The translations under genes and the position numbers were made by a program. From contig JAAILG010000524.1 of the NCBI GenBank assembly GCA_012026655.1, positions 1-64,000 on the forward strand: a stretch of 64,000 bases of DNA, read 5' to 3'. Below the pieces are notes generated by a model. That model had not been told where the DNA came from. It did not search any database and saw only the letters and a program-made list of their open reading frames with translations. Below are positions 37,699-50,640 of this stretch, piece by piece. How positions within the stretch are numbered: the stretch's first letter is position 1; every line of letters begins with the position of its first letter. The stretch comes from Hydrolagus affinis (taxonomy: Eukaryota).

Positions 37699-39509
37699 TC
37701 GGCCATCATCTGCCCTAACAATGAATGTCATTGATACAGCACTGAAGCTTTGTAGAAGTATGCCGTGTGGGCATTTCATTCCTAAACACAATGTTATTCC
37801 TTTCCAGGTGCCAGCATTAAATAAATTTCCCCAGTTGCCTAAGAGTATTCTTTTGTAACTTGGGAGGATTTCAGAAGCAGTGGCTTGAGTAGAGAGCATC
37901 AGTGCATTCGTACACAAATCAGCCTGACGAATGATGGACTTCACGAGAGGCGATGTGGGAGGGTATAAGGAGTAGAATAGGAGGGCTGGAAACTAGTGTT
38001 GCATGTGAATACCTGTATAGTCGAAAGGCCCATTTCAGTTTCATACAGTCTCTTGTGATTTATCTGACATTCAGTTACTTGTAATTGAACCCACAACCTG
38101 CTGACACTTGAATAGCAAGAGTGCCGCAAACAGAACCCGTAGCAAGTCTTTCGGATACTTATGCAACACACAAGTGCAACTCGTTCAGTGACGAAAGAGA
38201 AGATCTTTACTTTAAACAGTGAAAATAGCTTTTTTTAAAAAAACGCGCAGATAAAAGCTTTAAAGGATATCGTCAAAAGAATGATTTTATAAAGAGGCCA
38301 CTTCAGAATGAAATAGCTCATTGATTCCCTGATGTCTTTGAACAATCATGAAAGGTATTCCCATTCCGAGCCCTGGTTTGAGTTCCTGTTGCTCGTGAAA
38401 CGGCATGATTGAGCTCGGACACTGTGTGTAACCTTCCTCCGCAAGTGCCTGGTCTAATAAGCAACACGATCATGTTGATGTTCTGCCATTCCATCATCCT
38501 GTCACTCGGTTATCACCTCGTAATTAGTTGTTGTAAGCAATTAAAAAGACAACACAGGCCCTTTAAACCCTCGCCTTTGAATCAATACAATATCACGCTA
38601 GGGAAAAAGCTTGCGTTACTGCCTTTCCTTCACCTCTAAAGGAAGCGAATCATAACTCACTGCTTCTTAGGGCAGTGCAGAGTTATGGTCTTTTGAGAGG
38701 AAGAGATGTCAGCATATTCCGACTCGGATGATAACCTATATATTAATCCTAAACTATGCACAATTGTGTTCACTATCCCCACAGCATTAAATGTCAGAAT
38801 TCATTAGAGCTCTGTATCCTCAGTATACAGCAGGCTGGAGATTAATTAGTCCTACAGTTGACTGCTCTTGCCCCCTCTTCGCACAGAGTCGGGGGCGCTG
38901 GCAGATGAAACGTAAACACAATTTTTAAGTGACACACCAAAATCCCGCACTTCTCATCACTGATCTAGTCTGAACGGCACAAGAATGCAATCAATTATGC
39001 CATTAGTCTTCATAAAGTTGTGGTGCTCACAAAAATGATGGAATCCTGAAAGCTGTGCTGGCTCTTTCTGGGAAATTCAACTCCTTCAGGCGGGCAATAA
39101 CATCTGTGCACCATGGTGGACAATGAAATACCTTAGTGCCTTTATTCAGCATCTATTACAAAGCGTTCAGCATGTGACAGCACTCGCCACTTGGAGTGGG
39201 TTGGCGCCCTGTGAAAGAACTGGCAGAACTCTTTTCTTGTGGAATGCCATTTGAATCTGAATGAAAGAATTCGGTGTTGGGAATTTAAATAAGCCAGCAG
39301 CTCAAGCCGTGATAATTTGTTTGTGGCACACACCGAGGAGGTGACTGTTCCATGTGTATTGCCAGTACTTCGCATCAGAACCATAGAAATGACAACATAA
39401 GACACTGAGCTTGAATTTTGCAATCTACTTCCTGAGCATCAGTTAATACTTTCTAATGCTTTTCCACCAAAGTGAAAGGTGCTCTAAAAATGTAATTTTG
39501 TTGTTTTGT

Positions 39510-39560
39510 AACAACAACATTACACTTGTATAGCGCCTTTCACGTCCCAAGGCGCTGGAC
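39510..39560 (-). mobile_element. Isolated L2 3' tail, internally deleted
   Basis: acaacaacattacacttgtatagcgcctttcacgtcccaaggcgctggac. Confidence 0.8.
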
Positions 39561-41221
39561 TGTTACTGTTTCAGAACCCAATTTACTAAGCACTGGGTAG
39601 CTGCTACAGACTTCATGAACAAAGCTAGAGATACAACTTGCGTTGAAATATTAATTTCAAGTGGGAAACAAACTCAAATTCAAAGCCAAGTGCGATCAAC
39701 CATTTGTATTCTGAAAGCCCAAATAGACATCAGTTTCAAAAGTTCTGAATGCGGTTTTATTCACTGAGTGATCTGCTTTATCTTGTTTATTCATTGGGAA
39801 AGTGATATGACATTCAACTAGTGTACGGAAACTAAAAACATGCAACAAAAAAAGCTACCCAACACAAAGAGTTTATGTGGCATTCAAAAGATGTCAAGTG
39901 AAAATTAGCTTGAAATGTTTCTGTTTAGTGCTCCCATATCAGCTGGAGTCCACAGTAAAAGATTGGTTTAATAAAGGCATCTGTATTCACATCTCTAATT
40001 ACACCCTTATTGAAACCACGGAAAACAGGCTCAAAGGGAGAAACCACATCAAATAAATATTTCTTTTGTAAATTGTGATGGAAAGAACACTTAAGAATGC
40101 ATCATTGACACAAAATCAGTTCTGCAAGTACACTCGAGACCTATACATACTAAACCTGCCAGCCTCATTGCAGAGGAAATATTTACATAAGACATACTAC
40201 CGTGAGCACAGCTCCAAATGTGATTTGAATCCCAGTGAGGACTGCTGCACTGCCCTGAGCTAAGGAAAGCACTTGCATTCTTATAGCGCTTTAACACGCT
40301 AAAATGGATCAAAATACTTCGCTGGTGATTGTTCAGTCCAGTGAATGTTTTTGGAGGCAAATTCAGCAGCAAGAAGTGAAAGTTGTATTTAATTTTATAG
40401 TTGATTGACTGCTAAAAATAAACCTTAGTTAGGGATACCATACAAAATTTTGACATGGACCAAAAATGCTGTCAAAACTGGTTGGCAGTCTGGTTGGTAG
40501 TCTGTCCGGGCTGAATTTAAACCCAGTGTCACCTATCATTCCAAACCTATTTAAAGCTCAGAAGAAATGCCATGCATCCCAATGTGTTTGTTTTGGGCTA
40601 TTTGACAGAACAATCTATTTAGCTCATAGCCCTCCCTTTTCTCAAAACCAACTCCTTTTTTCCGACCAATCTTCATTACAGTGCCCCAAAGGGTGTATTT
40701 ACCTTTCACAACAAACTTAATATAGAATATATAGAATATTGCCGCAAAGCTCTTGGTTACTTGGAAGCTCCACTGCAGATACTAGCCACAAAAGAATATG
40801 TGACTAAAAGAGGCTTAGTGCCATGCTAAACACAGTGCTTTAGAAAATGTCAAACCCAGCTCATGCTGCACACAATGTATGGGAGAACCTATTACTGAAG
40901 GTTAAGGAATATTAAAAGTTCACTGTATTTTAACAAGATCAGGAATTAGGCATATTTGTAGAGCATAGTGTCCTAATCATATGATGTATGCCATTTACCC
41001 AGTCAGTTATTGCTTGCACATCAATAATAATTAAACCCAAGTTATTAACTTCGGGGGGGAAAATCAAGCTATCAGGAAGGTTTCAGTTACAAGGTAATGG
41101 GTTCACAAATGCTTGGCTCCTCAAAACAACCAAATGTAGTCCTAGAGGTCCGCTGCGGTGTCAGGAACCTTCAGATTAAACATTAAATCAGCTGCCTACA
41201 GCTGATTGTATTTGCAGTACT

Positions 41222-41320
41222 ACAAATACAGTACTGCACTTCACAGATAATACTATGAGGTGCGTTGAGACGCCCTCCTGACATAGAAGGAATGATATCA
41301 AATGGAAGGATTATTATTTT
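41222..41320 (+). mobile_element. Degenerate SINE tail
   Basis: cacttcacag...gcgttgagacgccctcctgacatagaagg...atatcaaatggaaggattatt. Confidence 0.65.
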
Positions 41321-41525
41321 CCGCTACAAGCGTCATGCTGATATGAAGCCACGAAGGGGACTCTTAAGTAACATGCCCTTGAAGCCTCACGCCACACAGA
41401 AAATCATTACCAGCTAATACTCGTGCATGCACAAGCTACAAAAACTCTGGCCGCAGTCACTGATTGTTCATCAATCTCAATTTGAAGCCACCACATCTTC
41501 TGCCAGCTTTATAGTGCAGGCACCA

Positions 41526-41581
41526 TGTGTGTGACATGTGTGTGTGTGCGCGTGTGAGTGTGTATGTGCGTGTGTATGTGT
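41526..41581. repeat. Imperfect (TG)n microsatellite
   Basis: Directly visible. Confidence 0.85.
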
Positions 41582-42182
41582 CTGCCATCATGTTCCACAC
41601 ATTCCGCCCTGTTCCCACCTGCTGTGAAAATCAAGACACTTTGAGTTGAAATCCAAATATATCTAATGAGGTGAAAATATTCCCATTTTCCTGACTGCAA
41701 ACGTCCTAAATAATAGCAGAAGAGGCAGTTTCGACCCAGTCCCCCGTGGTCCCAAATTGCCCAAATTCTGAGTGTAATCTCAGTCTTGCTCGGAGAGGCG
41801 ACACCGTTTGGCTGGTGATTGGTACTTTTCAGAGTCTGTTTTAAACAGGAGTGTTTCTCCTCATCAAATTCCCATTATGCTTGACCTGGGCGTGCTTGCT
41901 GCTGGAACCGAGAGAGAGTGAGAGAGAAAAAAAAATCCATTCCCCAGTCGTCACACCACTCATCTTCTCAGACATGAAATTCACCAGAATAAAGAAAAGT
42001 GGAGCAGCATTCATGGACTCGCAGAACAAATTACTATGAAATCTCATCGTAAAATGTCTTGTATACCTTCAATAATGTGGCCTGAAATGGGCACTGCACA
42101 ATTACAATATACTACAGAAACTTAAGTGCAATAACAATTTATATTTATACAGCACACAGCTGTCCTGACTGGGAGCCTGAGC

Positions 42183-42226
42183 TGTGTGTGTGTGTGTGTG
42201 TGTGTGTATGTCTCTGTGTGTGTGTG
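42183..42226. repeat. (TG)n microsatellite
   Basis: Directly visible. Confidence 0.9.
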
Positions 42227-42320
42227 GGCTCACAAGATTAAGTCTTGTCCCAAAAACAGCACCTCAAACAATACAGTTTTGGAGTGTCAAGTTCGTCAGT
42301 GAGTTAAGATTAATAATAAT

Positions 42321-42595
42321 CTCCACACCCCTGATAATAATCCTTCAAAAAAACACAATAATAAATTGGTCAATTCAATCCACGACTATTTGCGGGACAC
42401 TGCTGTGCACAATTGGCTGCTGCGTTTCGCCCACATATACACAGTCAATTCACTGTAGGATATATTCTGTGAAGAGCTTTGAGACGTCCTCCCGACGTGA
42501 AAGGCGCTCTACAAATGTAATTTTGTTTTGTTGCTTTGTCTAAAAGATGTGAAAAGTGCTATATCAAATACAGTACAAGGATTAATGTTATTATT
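42321..42595 (+). mobile_element. Young SINE (5' truncated) with an L2 tail inserted in its own tail
   Basis: SINE body to gagacgtc, then ctcccgacgtgaaaggcgctctacaaatgtaattttgttttgttg, then the SINE resumes taaaagatgtgaaaagtgctatatcaaat. Confidence 0.85.
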
Positions 42596-42934
42596 AAGCT
42601 CTCAATGCGGGCCTTGAGCACTCAACCTTTAAAGGAAAGCAATTAATGATAACGATAAACAATAATGGAGAAAAATGCCAACACACTATCTGGTCAAAGA
42701 TGTTGCAGCATTACCTACAAATGCCATGGAAATGTTCATGACTTGTTTAATTCCCCCTGCACTGCATGGAAACATAAGTGCTTAGGGGTGAAATGTTCTG
42801 GGGAAATTAAATTGTCAAACGTCCATGTAATTTCATTTACTTATCGTTGTTTTTGCAATGCTCAGCATTACCTTGAGGATATCCCAGTTATTGCAAGACT
42901 CAATCTCGAATGCGTTGGCAGCAGATAAAGAGCC

Positions 42935-43050
42935 AACTATTCCGCCAACAAAATACAGTCAATTCACTTTGCTCTGTGAAGTTCTCGTAGGCGTCTCAAA
43001 GACATAATAAGGCGCGATGTCAAATGCAAGTGATTATCATTATTATTATT
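42935..43050 (+). mobile_element. SINE tail
   Basis: aaatacagtcaattcacttt...gcgtctcaaagacataataaggcgcg...tcaaatgcaagtgattatc. Confidence 0.75.
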
Positions 43051-43429
43051 AACCACCGCACTGAATCATGATAAGAAATATGTTCAACATTTATACTGAT
43101 CCACAAAATTGGGAGCCAGAAATAAGGCACCAGAATTCTGAGAATTCAATGTGAGCTTCACGCCATAAATATGCCCAGCGTTTGCCGAAAGTTTGATTCG
43201 TGGAATCGAACCTTTGAGACCTTTTTTTTGACAACAGCGACAACTTGCATTTATATTGCGAGGTAGTGTCTTGGAGTGCTGCAAACACAGCAAGGTGGAG
43301 TGCTGTTCTGAGAAACAAATGGTCCCAATTACTCAGGAAATCTGTAGTAATTTTAATCATAATATAAACTCATAAAAAATCTGAGAGAAATCGACCATGA
43401 TTTTGAAACCGCTGTTTCAATTCTATTTA

Positions 43430-43582
43430 ATAATAATAATAATGCACTTGATATAGTGCCTTAGCACATCTTTGAGTTATCTCAAAGCGCTTCACAGATT
43501 ATACTGTAAAGTGAATTGATTGTTCAATTTGTGGGCAAAACACGGCAGCCAATTACGCACAGCAATATCCTACAAACAGCCT
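43430..43582 (-). mobile_element. SINE 3' part
   Basis: ctcaaagcgcttcacagattatactgtaaagtgaattg...cacggcagccaattacgcacagc. Confidence 0.85.
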
Positions 43583-45469
43583 TATACAAATAATGGTTTC
43601 GCCCACCATTCACCTCCCTCTCCCACCCCCACCCTGTCCCTCCTTAAACATACCAACCCTCTTTGGGCTATCGTAAGAGAAAAGTTTATGATATGAAGTT
43701 TATTCTTGCAAGCTGTGCTGTAAGGTTTGCTCCATAATAAAGAGTAAATATTCCCAAACAAACAAGAGTTTATTGATTTCCAAGCAGGGCAAAACTAGGT
43801 AATCTTCACCATATTGAAAAATTATTAAAATTATTTTGATGAGCTGCATCTTTTGAAATGAATATAACTGGCTATTTCACTGCAGTACAAAAAAAAACAC
43901 TCTATAAGATTGCCAAGCTGTTGCTGAAGTTCTCTGATAATGAAAAACCAGTCTGGAATACTAATCTGCCAATTGACTTCTAGCAGATTCAGAAGGTGAG
44001 GTAAGGTAGAAAATGACTGTCACACTATTGTCCCAAATTGACTGCGTAGAGATAAATACACCGTAAAACAGAATACATCAGTAAATGCAGTGGGCGGTTA
44101 CAGCAAGTTAAAACATGGTTGGCAACATTCATCATTCCCAGTGCTGTACCGTGCTGGGCTGTGAGGAAGGCAAAACTTGCCTCGGTGCAACAGACTTGCC
44201 TCTCTACAATAGGACACCAAAGAATTGAATCGCTACTTGCAGATTTAGGACATAAAAATAACATCTTAAATGTACCAAGGCAACAACAACAACTTGGATT
44301 TAAATAGCAACCCCTCACACAGGCAGATGCCCACTCGTCCACAATGGAAACTGTGAACTTCTCACATGGACCTCTTTCATCTGAACCAATCTTGTGATCT
44401 TGGGAACCCTCCATTGAGAAGCAAGTTAGTAAATTGGCTTTCAAAATGGCTAAAAAAAAACACACAACACATTTGTGGGCACAGCCTTTCCGGAACTGGC
44501 CAAGAGCTGTGAAGTCGACACACGGTTGCTTCAAAGATCCAGGTATATTTTTGGAGGTGTTTCTACACCATTAAATTGAGTCCATTCACAGCAGGAAGAG
44601 TTATCTCAGCCCTCAGTGCTGTCATCTCAATCACACAGGTGTATCGCTTTGTAGTTTACAGCAGGAAATCCGTACCAACACTCAAAATCATCCACAGAAT
44701 CTAATAACAGCGCAAAAGATAGGTTTAAGATACCGTGGGTTGAATTTACGTTTGTTCTTAACCAGACCGCTATATAAAGAAACCAAAATATGCAAACGGT
44801 GACTGGAGTTGACCCGGAACCTGTGCAATTCCATCATTTCCAGATTTCCTCAATCCCATTCCAGAGCGGATGGTTAATGGGAATGTCACCAGCATTTGTC
44901 ACTTAGAAATCCAGTTAGGAAATGTCATAAATTAGACCCCATTGCCCTTCTGTTTCATTGAAATATAGACTCAGCCTAGAAGCAAAAAAAACTGTCTTTG
45001 TGGGAGTGCGGAATTGAACCACTGTCTGTCACCTAGTCTGACATTTCACTCACAACATCATGACTGCCTTCCGAGACTAAGACCAGAGCTGGTTGTGCTT
45101 TCAAAGCTGTCAGTCTGTCATCCTGCTACAAGCTGAATTGATGGTACTGTTAAAGTGGTTAGACTATGAACAATGGATTCAATTCCATCACTCCAGTTTG
45201 TTACAGAAATATTTTCTTCTCAACATTGAAGTCCTTTCTTAACCTTTTAATCTCAGGCACTTTTCAATCAAAGCGTTGGCTTTTTTTCAACAACAAAAAA
45301 AGCAGCCGGCAACATTAAGAATTGGTTATAGTAATTCTAACAAAAACTTGCATTTCTATAAGCGCCCTTCACATAGGATAACAGCTAAACATTTCACAGT
45401 CACTTTTAGCCTCCCGCTCACAGAGAAATTTCACCTGGGAATATATTTACTCTGTTTGCAAAACATTTC

Positions 45470-45620
45470 AGAAGTTGGAAAATTGCTAAATGTTGCTGTA
45501 CACAACTGTCTGCTGTGTTTCGCCCACAAAACACACTGTCAATCCACTTTAAGATAGATTCAGTGTAGTGCTTTGAGATGGCTCAATGACGTGATGACCC
45601 CTCAAATGCAAGGATTATTA
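45470..45620 (+). mobile_element. Degenerate SINE 3' part
   Basis: ttgctgtacacaactgtctgctgtgtttcgcccacaaa...gtgctttgagatg...tcaaatgcaaggattatt. Confidence 0.75.
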
Positions 45621-46624
45621 ATATTTTTAGTATTAACAATTCAGTCTTAACTTTCAAGTTGGTTTTCTGCAGTTCTTAAAAGAAATTCACAGCCTTAATC
45701 TTCAAGCCGATATTCTGTATTTAAGAAATTGCCAAATTCCAAACAATCTGAAATGTTATATTTTTTAAAATGCCGCAAACCTAGACCCAGTGTTAATTAC
45801 TCCACAGTTACCCAATGTCAGTTAAATTTTTTTTATAAAGCAGAAGTGTAAAGGTTTAAGTCCTCGATTAGCCTACACCAAACACCGCTCTGTCACATTC
45901 TATTTTGCAGATGGCATATTCCATTAGCATTTCGCTCATTCTCACTCATACCAAAGGAGCTCTCGGTTTCAGCCTATTTTACTCACCTCATCTCATTTGC
46001 CACCGGTGACTCCGCAGCAGGTGTGCAGGGGAGAATAATCAAGGGTTCTGTGTGCTCAGTCAACTGTTGAATGAGTATTATCAAGACATATGTCTTTGTA
46101 CAGCGTGAGTATCCACTCAACCAATCTCGATGCCATAAATCAACTGAAGAAAAGAAGAGGAATATTTAATGAGAAATTATTTATAGGTGGATAATTTTGA
46201 TGTCAGTGTAAAAGAAACGTGATCACTGTCACGTGTGCAGAGCATAAACTTCCAACAAAGGGGCAGGCTTCGTGAAAAGCATTGAAATAACTAGATAACT
46301 CTTTGTAGGACCCTTGTGCTTTGTATAATGTTCTAGAATTTAAAAAAATTGTAGAAGCCAGAGCGCCAATGAGTGCATATATTGCTAACTAATTAAAAGG
46401 ACAATAAATGGGAGCAAAGTAGTTGATCAATGGAGTTAGCATTTACAAAGCACACACAGGAAAGGACAGAGCAGAGATAAGTGGCCAACATGGTCAAACA
46501 GTGAGCTGACATTCCTCCCTGACAATCAAGGATTTATAAACTTTTTTTGTGTAAAGGGCACAATCGGTAATTTCTAAGCATTTACCGCACCGGTCGTTTA
46601 AAGGGCAGCAGTCTGAGGGTGCAG

Positions 46625-46792
46625 ACTTGCATTTGATACAGTGCTTTTACACATCTTCTAGGCGTCTCAAAGCGCTTCACAGAATATACTATAAAGTGAA
46701 TTGACTGTACATTTGTGGGCGAATCGCAGCGGCCAATTGTGCACAGCAGTGTCCTGCAAACAGTCGTGGATTGAAATGACCAATTTTTTTTA
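46625..46792 (-). mobile_element. Young SINE 3' half
   Basis: cttgcatttgatacagtgcttttacacatcttctaggcgtctcaaagcgcttcacagaat...gtcgtggattgaaatgacc. Confidence 0.9.
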
Positions 46793-49700
46793 AATAGTGG
46801 AATAAGAGGGAGCCTGGAGGGGGAGGGAGAGTTAGGGTGGAGGCTCAGGTGAGGTATTGCCCGCCAGGGACGAGATGAGCCAGAGAGCGGCTTTGCGCTG
46901 TAAATTCCATATGATTCTACAGAAGGCGTAACGGCCAAAACCTCTGCACACTCAATTCACAACTGAGCTGCATCTTACACCCATACTTCATAAGAGTGAT
47001 CAGTCCTGGCAAAGGAAGTGGTTCACAGCAACCTGGCAAATGACAGATAAAAGGGTAATGCTGTTGAGTGCATTGTATACATAATACACAAATGAAAGAA
47101 CTCCCTACAAGGCTGCTTGACAATATCCTGGATTGTATTAACGGTGTTATATAGTGTGTAAACTTCTTTGTCATTACAGAGAATGGAACGGTCGAAAGGG
47201 TGAGTAGCCAAGGCATGGATCGGAGCCTCGGTTTCTGTTTGATGTGCACTTCGTAATGGAAAAAGCGGTTCTTTGAAGCATGTTTTAAAATTATGACAGC
47301 GGTAAGTACTCTGCCTATGAGAAGCGTTCACACGAAGCAGAAAGCAGTTCAAATATTCATTACCGCAGTCTTGGCGGAAACAAAAAATTTGCTTTTACAT
47401 CCAATAAAGCTCAAGATTGATTGCTTAGTATTTTAAACGGTCTGTGCTTTGATTTTAACAAGGTATCAGTTAGCTGTTAGCCACATTGAACCAGCAGCCC
47501 GCAGGCAACACTGCGGAAAAAGAAAGCTTCTCACAAATTATTATTATCTATTACCATCCCCACAGTTGACATATTCAACATGGTGTAGGTGCATTTGCAA
47601 TCTTTACCACAGTGGTCGCATCCTCTGTGGATGTTAGAAACAGTTGTGTAATAAATTACAGTTAACAATTAAAGGATAAAAATCATGTGAATGCATTACT
47701 TTGAGGAACACCGTAAACACCGAGACAGAGAATTTGGGTTTCAGCTGCGGATAAAGGCGGGGAAATAACGAAAGTGAAAAAAAGGTTTGAAAAAGCTAAA
47801 CCACTGGAATGTCTTTAAAAGGTGCAATGCAACGTTTAGCTTGCGTATTGTTGGTAGGAAACTGCAGCCAGCTTCGTGTAGCCCTGGGCAGAAGCTCTAC
47901 GGAAGACAAACACAATTTCCCAAATCAGCACAGATGAAAATGACAGCAGGCAATGCCTGAAGATCATCCACAAGGCTTCCAACGAGAGCTCTTACTATAA
48001 TAAGTGAGACATTCAGCTGGGGTTATCATTCTTCAAAGTATTCACAATGGTAGAGAAGATGGCAGATATCCACACATACCCACTCTGTCTCGCACAAACA
48101 TAAGGCTTCAGTGACATTGAAGATTCTGATACACAAACCTTGAAATTGTGTCACCGGTTAGTGCATTAATTGAAACGCCTGCATGAAGGTTGCTATATGA
48201 ATGCAAGTTGCTATTGTTCATCCTATATGTAATGCATAGGGATCCTTCACTAACCTCCCGCACAACACAAGCAGCAGAAATGAACGGGAACCGTTCTACT
48301 GTTCATTACAAAAGATCCATTGGTTGCTCATTGATATTGGCAGTAAGCAGTACCATTGGCCTTTACCAATCAACAAGCATCAAACCGTTCCACGCCACAT
48401 ATTATCCAGTGTATAAGTAAAACAGAATCCCGCAGTGTAAATAGAACAGAATTAAAAGAGCTACATGTTACAAACCATTATTTGTATCATTCACTATTAC
48501 AGTTGGGTAGACAGACAAGTGGACACAGGTCAATGACAAGCAGGCAGACAGGCAGACAGAGCTCATAAATTTTAATTACTGCTTTGTCCAAATTCATTCA
48601 TTAACACCAAAACATACAAAATTAGCTATTGCGGTGTCACCCAACCTGCCAGGCAGATCCCTCACATTCAGCCAATCTCAGCCGGTGTTCTGCACTCACC
48701 ACATAGCAGTCTATCAACTGAAATGATTAGGGTTTGAACCATTTTATACGAAAGATCCCAAGATGGGTTCAGATGAACAAGGTGTTTTGGACGATTCGAT
48801 TTTGTACTTTCAGGTTACCCACCCTACTGTCTTCACCCAGCGAGTAAATTTTTAAAAGAGTCAGAGACCCGGACTTTCAACTGTGCATTCATCAGAAGAG
48901 CGATTTGATCATTCTGATATTTTCCTTATGGCACGCGAAATAACCAGTAAGATATGGTACACCAGTCTCACATGAGACTAAATGTATTCTTTGTCTCCCC
49001 ACTTCTGCCCACCCCCACACCTCCCAGACACATACACATTCTCATGACACTGAAAGCAACTACATTTCATCTCTACCTCTCATTCATAGTTTCTCAGGAA
49101 CTCAACACCATGCAACTCATTCGGTCTCACTTTCCTCGAACAATCCAACAGCAATGATAAATCGCCTTCACACAGGATAAAGTCTTGGAGTGTTGCAAGC
49201 TATCCTAACCCTGGCAAACAGTGCCTCTCACCTCTCCAGTTGTTTACAACTTCTACAAGAGACCTCATCTTGTGGACCTACGCATAGGCCTGAAAATAAG
49301 TCTTCACTGGCCCATGCAGAATTCATCACATTGTGCTAAACAAGGAATCATACCATATGTAATCAAACAGACAAAAACCTCTAAGTTCCTCGGATTGTCA
49401 ACCTCACATCTGTGGCTAACAACAAAGGTGATAAAACAAAACCTATCTGCCACTTGAAACATAGCATCAATGTGCTCTTCACTGAAAAGCCTTGTCGATT
49501 TGATAAGAAAATATTCCCAACGGCTACACAAGGATGAATCAGAATTCGTAACTTAACAAATTGCCACTTTAAACCTGAGAGAATTAAAACAAGCTGAAAT
49601 AGCATATCCTATCCAGAGAGTAATCAAAATGAACAGGTTCTCACACTTCGTTTCAGGTGCGCCGTTTATCTTGCCTTTCAGAGTAATTAGATTGGGAAAA

Positions 49701-49854
49701 GCTTGATTTGCAGATTGTGAGGCATGTAAATTAATTTCATGATTTAATTATAATGTACGGTAATAATAGCTTGCATTTTGCAAGGGTTTCCCAGACTTCC
49801 TGACAAAGCCCAAAAGCACCATCCTTTTGCTTTAAACCCTTTGAGCACTGAATC

Positions 49855-49958
49855 TCTTCTGCCCACGATACACTTCACTGAATGGAAAACCCCATGAGGC
49901 GTTTGGAGAAGTCCTCCGGACATGAAAAGTGCTGTATCAAATGCAAACATTTTATTAT
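49855..49958 (+). mobile_element. Degenerate SINE tail
   Basis: tgaggcgtttggagaagtcctccggacatgaaaagtgctgtatcaaatgcaa. Confidence 0.65.
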
Positions 49959-50577
49959 CACTTCAAAAACAGTTAGCATCAAAGAGAAATTAAAAAAACT
50001 TGTACATATTCAATGCATTACACAGCATAGTCCACAAATTACAGTTAAGTTACAGGAAGCCTGTTAAGCTGAGTACATCGGGGACGGATGATTTGTCCAG
50101 TTTAAAGGGTGTCTGAGATTTTCAGATTTTTGTCCGAATCAACCGGCATATTTAAAACAGGTTCTGTTTGATTTATTCAAAGTCTGCTGTTATTCTGCAT
50201 CCAACCAAAGTGGATTCCACTGTACGTGGAAACACAAATCATTTCTGCTTCAGTAATGTAATGTTTTTTTCACGCTTGCTTTGAGTACCCGGGGCTATTT
50301 TTCTTCCTATTCTGGTCAGGTACCATCGTTTTAACAGGACAACAATCTGTTTACACCTGTGTTATAAGGCTGGAAACTGAAGCTCGCAGCTGCATTTACA
50401 ACTGCAGAGTAAACATTTGCTCCAATCTTCCAGAGTCACAACAGCCCTGAGTAGAACTCAGCTTCAAATGCTCTGACAGAGCGAGAGCAAGACACACACA
50501 CATGCACGCACACACAAATTATAATCTGCACACCCAGGCAGACATGGGGAAGCCCAATTTAGTTAAGTTTGGTGAAT

Positions 50578-50640
50578 ACAACAACAGCAACAACAACTTA
50601 CGTTTGTATCGCGCCTTTCAAGTCGGGAGGATGTCCCACA
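50578..50640 (-). mobile_element. Isolated L2 3' tail
   Basis: acaacaacttacgtttgtatcgcgcctttcaagtcgggaggatgtccca. Confidence 0.8.
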
